A stretch of 64,000 nt of DNA from Camelus dromedarius (lineage: Eukaryota), in contig NC_087436.1 in the NCBI RefSeq assembly GCF_036321535.1, forward strand, positions 6,324,001 through 6,388,000, in the 5' to 3' direction. Below are positions 53,973 to 64,000 of this stretch, piece by piece. Position 1 is the stretch's first letter. Every line of letters begins with the position of its first letter. The notes under the pieces were generated by a model. The model was not told where the DNA came from. It saw nothing but the letters and a program-made list of their open reading frames with translations, and searched no databases. Both the position numbers and the translations under genes were made by a program.

Positions 53973-56900
53973 AAACTACACCAACTTTCTTTCCTGCACA
54001 GTCACCTGGAGTTGAATGAACGGGGCAAAGTCATGCCTGCTCCCTCCTTTTCAGTATTTACCAAACAGCACCATCCTCCAAACAGGAAGAGGGTCTGCCA
54101 TGGTGTTATCTGATAAGTACCAGAAAGAAGGAGCAAGTATTACTTCATCACTGCGTCTTTCATTACTCTTTAAATGTAAGCTGAAGCAAGACAATTCTTG
54201 TTGCCTTTTCCTTACGGTTAAATATGCCTCAGAATGCCCGCAAATGTTGCATCTGCTATTTCATCATAGCTCATTAGAGGGCTCTGGGTTTGCCCTGCCA
54301 GAGATGTCACTCAAGGTGACTGTATTAACTTTCTGTAGCTTTCCCCCTTCCTTGATTATGCCATCACTAAATAACCCTTTTTACAATACATAAACATTGT
54401 AGTTAAAAGTCCTTGAGCAACTTGGTCCATTTTATCAAGTCACCAGACTTTGGAATGCCCTTAATCTCTTATTTAGTTTGGTTTATTGGGACTTTTGAAC
54501 ACTGGTAAGCAATTCCTGGTGAATTGCCTCAGTCTGGTGCTAACAAGTGTGAGCCATAACATATACGTGTGTTTAGATTGCACAAAACGGAGCAATGCCC
54601 CAGGCTCATCTCCAGGCTTTGTTGCTGGAAGATACAGGGGAATCCCTGGAGCTGACCCCGCTTCTGTCTGTTGTCATAAAGGACAACATAGGTGAATGTG
54701 ACTGGACTGGTCACAGTGTCACTAACAGATTCCAGCCTAGAATGGTTTACCTCAGCGGTCAAACCAAACTTTCCCCCTAAATATACATCAGCTTTGATGA
54801 TGCAGGTATGTTTGTCAATGCTGTTCTAGTCTACAAGTAAAGGGTCTTTATGTCTTGGCTAATTTCACAAAATCACAAAACTTGGTACAATAAAAAAATG
54901 AACGCAGAAGACTTAAACTTACACACCAAAGCACTGCGGAATCAGTGCGTCATAGATGAAGCTCTGCTGTCAGTTTTTGTTATTGTTCCGCCTCAGTGTG
55001 TCTTCAGGCTGCAACCTGCCTCGGTCCTACACCCAGTACTCTTTCATGATGGAAGTCAGCTTCCTCATCCGGCAAACAAGTGCATCAGGACAGCCTACGG
55101 CATCCTTGAGGAGGCCCTTGTGAAGAGCCACAGCATCTCTATCACTCCCTCAAGAGTCAGGTAGCACACTTCAGAGTTTGGATTGCATAGCGGATAATTT
55201 GCTTTATTGGTAGCAGAACTCCAAGCTGGGGCTACACTGTATAGTTGAGCTGGAATGATGAACTGTTTTGCAGAGCTGGCCACAGCTTAGCACCAAATTT
55301 GTATATGGTGTATTTCTTCTTAAGGTAGACTATAACCCTCTTATAGATCAAAGCTGAAAGTCCATCTTCAATAAAGTTTTAAAGTGACTACCTCTTTTAG
55401 CGATGATCCACACTGCAGGCTTTGTCACCTGCAATACCATGAAATGTTTATTATTGAGTAAAGTCAGTTGAGGTTCGAATAGTTTGCCAAATGACAAGTG
55501 TATCTTATTCTAATCATCAGTTAATGAGAAGGTTGAGATTTTAAAATCCCCCAATTTTAATTCTATCCAGGACATTTTCTAATACCGATGTGACGTTTCC
55601 TTTATTCTTAATTACAACAGTTGGGATGTATAGACTTTCAGAAACAAACTGTATTTATTTGCATCACCTACTTTTTCCTTGAATAGCTGTGATGTTTTTA
55701 TTCTAGCTGCACCCTAGAATATTCAGTATATACAATAAAGAAGAAAATTGAAATAAAGTATAAGAAAAATGAATTATTTTCTTCCCTTTGTTTTGAAGGT
55801 GTTTTCTCTAGCCAGTGCAAAATCAGTAATGCAGTAGATAATTTGCTAAGCAAAAGCAATGTCAGGTGATCCTCCTGAATTGCTTTTTCTACAAAAAGTT
55901 AATTCTAACTATTAAACTTTAAATAAATGAGTGTTTGGACTCAAGCTTATTTAGTCACATGTGAGCCATTTTATCCTAAAGTTTTAGAATTTTGACTAAG
56001 GCCAGGTACCAGTTGCAGCTGTGGATTAGTCAATACAGAATGGTCTGCAGGGAAGACAAATGTGACATCAGTGAGTCCCAGCTTTCATATACTATAAAAA
56101 TTTTATATTTACAAGACATGTTTTGAAAGTGTATAGGAACTCTAAAATGCAAGAAATACTGTATTGAGATTCACTTTGCCCTCTGGTCTGTTTAGAGCTT
56201 TGTCCCTTAACATTCGCTAGGTGAGCTCATTGACTGCGCTGCACAGACAAAACAAGCTGCTGGCAGATGGCACTCACCTGTCTAGAGAAGCCACAGCATG
56301 CCTGCTCCACTGACAGGCCTCTCCAGCTCAGGACACGTACCTGGATCACAGCTGCCTGGAGCAGGGTAGACCTCTGACCCAGAGACAGCCCGTCCACAGG
56401 GTGGCCAGCAGCCTCTGGTGGTTGGTGTCTTTCATTGTTTAAAATACCCCTCTTTATTTTTAGTAATAATTTTTGCCTTAATGTCTACCGTGTTTGTCAT
56501 TATTCTGAAAGCATTCTTTTTTGTTGGTGTTTGCATGGAGTGATTTTCTATCCTTTTGTTTTCAACATTTCTGAGCCTTGTATTTAAGGTGAATTACTTG
56601 TTAGCTTCTTTTTAATACAATCTGACCATCTTAGTTCTAGTGTGTTTTCCCTAGACTAGAGAAATTGGAAATAGTTTTAATTGAAGTATTTGGTCCATTT
56701 ATAGTTAATGTAACACTCAAATATTCGAGATTGTATCTACCAAATTACTCTTGTTTTTCCCCTGTCTTGCTTTGGTCTGCTGGCTAAGTCTGGTCACATC
56801 CACTTGTTTATATACTGTTTATGGCTGCTTTCACACTGAAATATCAGAGATGATCTAATAGCTGTTAAGTAATGAGCTGCATTCCAACACATGAGAAATC

Positions 56901-57779
56901 AAGTTTTTCTGAAAATTCTTTCAAACACAGAGTCTTATGGAAAGTAGGATAAGATATCTGCAGTACCTATTACAACAAGGGTCTCATATTCAGAACTCCT
57001 AAAATCATTTAGAAAAAGAGGACAAGAAACCCCAAAATAAAATGATCAAAAAATACGTATGTTTCCTGATCCTAGTGTGGTTTACAAGTTTGGTTATTTT
57101 CTGAAAACTCATCCATCTGTATACACTTAGGATCAGTGCACTTTTCTCTATTATGGTATCCTTCAATAAAAATTGTTTTTAACTTTATGGAGATTTAATT
57201 TAATTGAGTACTCTTCCAAAGTTAGTAATTAAGGAATAATATGATTATTTGGATGGGAATGTTGAAGTGCATTTTTACTTGACATCTGATTGTACTTTAC
57301 TTTTTCTGAGGCACGCTAACATTTATTATGGTACAGAGTAGTTGTTGATGCAAATGTTAATGCCTGACAAAGCCTCCCCCATCTCTCATTTCCTTTTTTC
57401 TATATTATTATACAGTAAATATTTGACTTTAAATGAGAAAACTGTAAGTTCAAGATGGAAAGAATAAAACTTTTGATAGCTTCCCTTTTCTGAGAAACCA
57501 GATCTCAGGCAGAATAAATTAAGCAAAATTAAAATTATAGTTATGGATGGGGAGAATCTTAGTTCCACTGTGATTATTGTCTACATCCTTGAATGCCTCC
57601 CTTTCTAAAGTATCGATCATTACATGAAAATTACTTACATACTTTAAGGACCACAAGGGATATAAACTTCACTGAGAAATATTTTTAAAGTAAAGGGAAT
57701 ATGTGAGAGCACATTCCTCAGTTCATAATACATTAAAAATAAGTGTTTCCTCTTTGAACTAAGGAGGCTATCTTTTGAC

Positions 57780-58260
57780 CAAATGTACATAAAATAAATT
57801 TCCATCACCACAAAGGGGTTCCCTTGAGCCCCTTGACAGTTAATCCCTTCCCTCCTCCCCAAACCCTGGTAACCATCTACTGATCTGCTTCCCATCACCA
57901 CGGTAATGCCTCTTCCAAAATGTCATGTACTTGAAACCACAGAGTCATAGTCTTCCGTCTCTAGCTTTTTTTTTTTTTTACTGATTATAATATTTTTGAG
58001 ATTCATATATGTTGCTAAATGTATCAATAGTTTGTTCCTTTTTATTGCTGAGTAATATTCCATTATATGGATTTATTGCATTTGTTTAACCATTCCCCAG
58101 TGGATAAACATTTGGGTAACATCCAGTTTGGAACTATTATGAATATTATGAATAAAGCTTCTATGAAATTTGGATTATTTGCATATAAGTGTTAGCGTGG
58201 ACAGATATCTTCATATCACTTACGTAAATACCTAGGAGTGAGCTTGTTGGATCGTACTGG
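57780..58260 (-). mobile_element. Old L1M 3' fragment
   Basis: cctggtaaccatctactgatctgcttccc...tttgttcctttttattgctgagtaatattccatt. Confidence 0.75.
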
Positions 58261-58478
58261 TGAAACACTGCACCATGAGAGGTGAAACCCTGCACTACAA
58301 GATGTGTTTTGAAGGCTAAGTGTTGTTTCTTGATCAACTTTTCCTTATGAGGAAAAAGATAAGTGAGTCAAGGTTGATAGGAAGTCTTGTGATTTCAGCA
58401 TCCAGAGAGATGTGTTGCCACAAATTAAAATGGAGAAAATTGGAAGAGGAATTTTGGAAGGAAAATTAAGAGTCCCTT

Positions 58479-58530
58479 TTGGACATCTTAATATGCCCGT
58501 TGGACATCTTAATATGCCCGTTAGACATCT
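58479..58530. repeat. 21-bp tandem duplication x2.5
   Basis: TTGGACATCTTAATATGCCCG x2 followed by TTAGACATCT. Confidence 0.9.
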
Positions 58531-58730
58531 AACTAGAGATGCTGTGTAGATGGTCAGATGTAAGAGATTCGGAAAGTCTGAGAACAGAGGCATACTTTTT
58601 AGAGTCTTCAGGATATGAAGCCAAAAAAAGTCCAAGGACTGGGCCCAGATACTTACTAGTTGTTATTTTAATCAAGCATTAAAAATTTCAGTGGATTTAC
58701 AAATTTCTCAAGTTTTAATTCAGCTTGAGA

Positions 58731-58733
<3 letters not shown>

Positions 58734-58769
<36 letters not shown>

Positions 58770-58770
58770 T
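58734..58770. repeat. (TA)n followed by poly-T
   Basis: atatatatata...tttttttttt. Confidence 0.9.
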
Positions 58771-59596
58771 AGTAAATCAATATGGGAACAAAGGACTCCA
58801 AAAATACGTGTGGAGCACAGAGTCTTTGCTTTACACATGTACTGCTAACAGACAACTCCAAAAATGCAGTGCTCCAACCTTCAGTTGGGACAAAGATCTT
58901 GGGAAATACTTTTTTTCTCAGTTTGCTTCAAAGAAAAAAAAAAATCCAGCCTTCATTCTGAGAATGCTTACATTCATGGAGGGATACAGTTCTCATAAAA
59001 GTGGACTGTTATTCAATATGAAACATTCTAGTCAACTTAATTTTTATTGTCTCCAACACCTGTTGTTATGAAAGAGAAAACAAAATGTGCATAAATGTCA
59101 CATGTTCAGTGTCACCATGACCAGTGACTTGACTTACATTCTCTCTGAAAGCAATCAGAGCAAAATCTGCCTAGAGCCACGATATTTAGATTCAAGCAGG
59201 AAAAGGTAAAAGTTGCCAGGCTACATGAAGAGCGAGCTTCCAGGCGGGGAACTGAGGGTCTAGGAAGAGCGGACTCTTGCTTTTCATTGTAACCCTCTTG
59301 TGCTCTTTGTGTGTAGATTCCATTTTTAAGGAAACACACTGTTTGATAAAACATAAATCAAGTTCAATTAATTAAATCAAAATCAAGCACAAGATTTTAA
59401 TGGGGGCTGGAAACACTGAGGTCACCAGCTACGATGGAGTAAAACCTTCCATCACCATTAACTTTTTTGGTTTAGGTTTTATCAACCTATAAACGTTTTC
59501 TTTTCCCCCTTTCTATCTGAAGATTATGATTTCTTACCACATGTAGTTCAAAATAAAAATGACACTAAGCAAAAAAACAAATTAAAAAAAGGATTA

Positions 59597-59796
59597 GGGT
59601 TGACTGCTGAACAACACGGTTTTGACTTGCTTGCGTCCACTTATCTGCGGATATTTTTCAATGGTAAATATGACACTGGCCCACTATGGGCTGAATCCAC
59701 TGGTGTGAGAACCCGGGTATACGGAGGACGACCCTATGTTATAATGCGTGTTGGGTCGGCGCCCCCATAGCCCCCACCTTGTTCCAGGGTCAACTG
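59597..59796. mobile_element. Tigger-type (TcMar) non-autonomous DNA transposon
   Basis: Degenerate TIRs ggttgactgctgaacaa ... ttgttccagggtcaactg. Confidence 0.75.
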
Positions 59797-61114
59797 CAAT
59801 CTTAAAATAAAACAAAACATGCATGTAAGGTGAAAATTATGTGGGCTTCTTTCTACATCTCCAGATGATTCCTTTAGGGGATCTCTGCAAAATGCTTTAA
59901 GCACCTACTTAGTCACCTCATTATACAGACCAGTGTGATTCTGTTACAGGACAGAGTCGTTACCTGTGTGTTATTAATATTCCTCTCTTTTCTGCATCTT
60001 TTCCCTTTGCTTCTTCTGTAGGATTCTGTATGTACACTCGTGCACCCAACCCTAGACCATAATTTGTGAGAAGGCTGAGGGACAGTGCGTATTACCCTCT
60101 GACAGCAGCAATCTGCCCATCAAAACGTGTGGTACAGGGCATTTTAAAGGGAGGAAAGTATTTCGCCATGAGTGTACTATATGTAACAGACAAGCTGGCT
60201 TACCCCGCAGAAAATCAGCTCAGCTATTGAGTGATGCTGTGTTTGAACCACTTCCGGGGTCCTGCTGCTACCTGGGGATGCGGATCACCTGTCCATGGTG
60301 GGGAACAGCCTGGTTCCTCCTGCCCTGCGCTGGAACGCCAAGCATCTTTGCATGAGATTTCTTTAGTCTCTTCAGCTTTCCAAGCTATTTATTTTAGAGC
60401 ATCCTTGCTGACATCCCGTGTCTTTCATCTGTAAAATCCTTCTGCTTCTTTATGTTAAAACTGGATAATATGGCGTCTGCATATTGGGATGCACAGCAAA
60501 CTGCCTGTGACACTGTGACTTAGCTTGGCTGTTCTCTTCTAAGAAGTACCCCTCCACACCCACCTCCTACTCTAGGTGTTCGTGTTCGGGTGTGTCATGG
60601 GAAAGGACTTTTTAAAATTTTTATCTTATAAAATCTTTGAGAAAGACCCTCTGTCTGAGTCAGAATTAAACTAGGACTTGGCCCAACTCCCATGACATGG
60701 GGCTTTCTGGGGACAAATAAAATCTTTCAGTCTTCCCACTGAACAGTCTGTATATTTCTTTAAATTTCTCAGGGACTCAGAGTCACAGCTACATGTTCAC
60801 TGGACGCTGGCTGTCATAATAGAAAACATCTTTGCATTTTTTTTTTCTGCCAGATTTGTCTAGTTTTGTAAAACACCACCCAGGCTCTTTTGCCCCTTCT
60901 GAAATCACTTACTTTCCAAAATGCAAAGGGAAAAGCTTTTAAAACTAGAGCTTGATATTTTCTTAATTAGAAATCAAATTGACACAAAATTGGAATGTCT
61001 CCTTTAATACGTTTTTTAATTATATTAAATGTATGACTATAATTTAACCATTTATAAACCAAGAAACAATGTTTATTTATATCAAAAACAATTCTAATAT
61101 TCTTTCCTTGTCTT

Positions 61115-62710
61115 AAATCAGCTTTAGTAAGATATTTAAAGTGCACAGTTTATATGTTTTCACATATTTATGCTTCTGAGAAACCATCATCACAATGGAC
61201 TGTAAAGGACACATCCATCACTCCCAAAAGGATCCTGGTGCCTCACTGACAAACCCACCCTCCTGTTCCCCTGCAATGGCCTTTCCTCTGTCCTCGGTCA
61301 CTTCCTAGAAATTTACGTAAACAGAATCATATGCTACATAATCTTTTTTGTTTGGATTCTTTCACACAGGATAATGATCTCGAGTTTCACCCATGCTGAG
61401 TATTGTTCTATTGCATGGCTAGGCCACAGTTTGTTTAGTCATTCACCTATTAAACATTCATGCTGCTCCTAGTCTTTGGTTATTACAAACCAAGCTGCTA
61501 TGAAGGTTTGTCTTGAAATATTTGTATGAACACATGCTTTCGTGACTCTTGTCCTAGGTTAGAATGGCTGGATTATATGGTAGGTGAATGTTTAACTGTC
61601 GCCAAACTGCTCTCCTACATGGGTGTACTGCTGTTCACGCCCACCAGGAGTTTATGAGAGTCCCAGTTTTTCCACACCCTTGCCGATTCATGACACAGGT
61701 AGCCTTTTCAATGATAGTGGATCTTAATTAGTATCCTAATGTGGATTTAATTTACAAGATGATAAGCATCTTTTCATATACTTACTTGCCACTCATAAAT
61801 CTTTGATGAAGTATCTATTAAATCTGTTGACTACTTTCTTATTATGAAGTATTGAATACTTTCTACGTATTCTGGGTAGACACACTTCATTAGATACATG
61901 TAGCGCACATATTTTTCCCAGTTCTTGGCTCACTGGTTTGCTCTGTTAACAGTGCCTTTGGGAGAGCAGTCCTTACCTTTGACTAAATCCAATTAATCAA
62001 TCTGTTCTTTTGCGGATGTTGCTTTTGGTATTGTATCTGAGAAATCTTTGGTCACCATCTTTGGTGTCATGTCTAAAATACCCAAGATCACAAGATCTCT
62101 TCCTAGAATTCCATAGGTGTAGTTTTTCTGTTTAGGTCTATAATCCAGCTTGAGTTAGTATTTGTGTTTTGCGTCAGGTATGAATTTGCCGTATGCGTTT
62201 TGTTATATTGTGCCAAGTTCATTGATTGGCACGTGGATATCCAATTGTTCCAACACCATTTGTTGACAAGACTGTTTTTCCCTCCATTGAAACTGCCTTG
62301 ACACCTTTGTCAACACTCAAATAACCGTATACATACGTGAGTCTATTTCTGAGCCCTTTATTATGGCCCGCTGATGGGTCGATTTGGCCACCGTTGCTAC
62401 AGGGTCTTAACTACCGTAGATTTACAACAGTTCTTTAGTCAGGTAGCGCATGTCTTCCAATTATCCTTTCCAACATGGTTTGACTCACCCTAGTCCTTTT
62501 GTGTTTCAATATGAATTTTAGAATCAGCTTGTCAATTTCTACAAAAAAAATCTCCTGGGGTTTTAATTGAAATTGCCTCGAAATCTACAGATTATTTGGG
62601 ATTTGGGGGAAAATGACATCTTAACAATATTGAGTCTCTGAACCATGAACATGGTAAATCTCTCCATCTTTTCAGGTCTGCCTTAATTTTCATCAGCAAT
62701 GTTTTGTGTT
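61115..62710 (-). mobile_element. Old L1M fragment (3'UTR plus degenerate ORF2)
   Basis: gatatccaattgttccaacaccatttgttg; aattttagaatcagcttgtcaatttctac; gacatcttaacaatattgagtc. Confidence 0.85.
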
Positions 62711-64000
62711 CTTAATGCCAGGGCAGTGCCTGGAATCCAATAGTATTTCTGTGGTCTTTTGTTGAATTGAACTGATAAAAGCCTAAATGAGAGGAATCAA
62801 GCCCAATCTTGAACTTTTAGTAAAAGTGTACAATGTACAACAGCCCTGCAAAAATCATTCTGATTATTCATACATGTTCACAAGAATGCCATTTAGAATT
62901 TTATACCACCTCGTGCTGATCAGACATCTGCTTAGACAGTCTGGATAAATTCCCAAATCAGTATCTCTTGATCTCGGCATAGTTGCTAAGTAGGTTTATG
63001 TTTTCAATTCCCTTCTGATCATGTTCCATTTCCCATCTTAACTTCTCTTGCCCTGGAGGGGCGGGTGCAGAGTCAGCCCTCCTTGATATAAGCTGTACTG
63101 TTAATTCTCCTTCTGTGTGTTCTGACAGCCAATAGCCACATTCTCACCAATGCCTTGTCCTCTGTCCCCACACCGTTCCTACTTTACAAATTAATGACTC
63201 AGTAACTGTCCCCTGACTATCCCGCTCAGCACACCCCAATAATCATGAAGCATAGATCTGAAATGACTTCTCCCATGCTGCACTTAGCATTCAGTACCTG
63301 GGACAAACATTATAGACCACTGCTTCCTTCTCTCTTTCACTCCAAAATGATACATGGAGCAGATTTGTACATATTTTAACTGACTCAGAACATCATGTTT
63401 TTCTTTCCTTAAGTAAATTTCATCCTGAAATGGGTCACTGAGTCCTTTCTCTTATCTGAATAGAAATGATATAGTACATCTTTAAAGGTTAACTTTTAAA
63501 TGCCTTACTTAGGGATAACAATATAATCTATAGTACCATATAATAAGAGACATGGAAAAAAATAAAACTTAAGTCATGAAGCGATGGTACTACTTTTTGC
63601 TAGCAGAGAACAGAGAAAGTTGGAAATTTTTATGTCAAAACATTTTTTAATTTACTATAAAAACCTTAAGCCATGAATTCTGAATTAAGAATCAAAAGGG
63701 GAGAAAAAAGACTGTGGGGCAGTTGTATGCCCCTTGTGACTTGCTGAAAGGAATAACTGAAGTAAGAGTTGAGGTGTACAGATAGACTGGAAGAACAGAT
63801 CATCCGAAGTAGTTGCTTTAAAGAAAGGTGCTGTACCATATTTTAATCACGTTTTCATGACAGAAAGCAAAAATAAACAGACAAGAAGCTGCCAAGCACA
63901 TATTGAAGGTTTGCTTTGAGCCTGCTGAGTGGAAAATCAGCCTAATTTTACAGTTTTACTCTGTCTTCCTGTTCTTTGGATTTTAAAGATTTTGCCCCTG

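Noticed and set aside
29500..64000. Coding exons of a neighbouring gene such as RXFP1
   Set aside because: No ORF or exon with LDLa, LRR, 7TM or other recognisable protein character was found; short or non-coding exons cannot be excluded by eye.

Overview
This is mammalian genomic DNA, most likely camelid: it carries tRNA-derived SINEs of the camelid type, and I recognised no Alu, BovB/Bov-A2 or PRE-1 elements. The first ~29 kb hold the last ten coding exons of TMEM144 on the + strand. All ten have GT-AG junctions, the frame is open across them (938 nt in the window) and the stop is at 27447-27449; the 5' coding exon lies upstream of the window. The remaining ~35 kb look intergenic and repeat-rich. 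They contain a young 5'-truncated L1 with a perfect 16-bp TSD and a 595-codon open ORF2 C-terminus, three related solo LTRs, older L1/L2/MIR/DNA-transposon remnants and an orphan CpG island at ~45 kb. I found no convincing new multi-gene system. The best leads are a local AT-to-GC substitution burst over the last TMEM144 intron/exon, a SINE-donated cryptic acceptor before the last exon, the orphan promoter-like CpG island, a twin-primed inverted L1 and a small retroposed poly(A) fragment. Repeat family names and human comparisons come from recall, not database searches.
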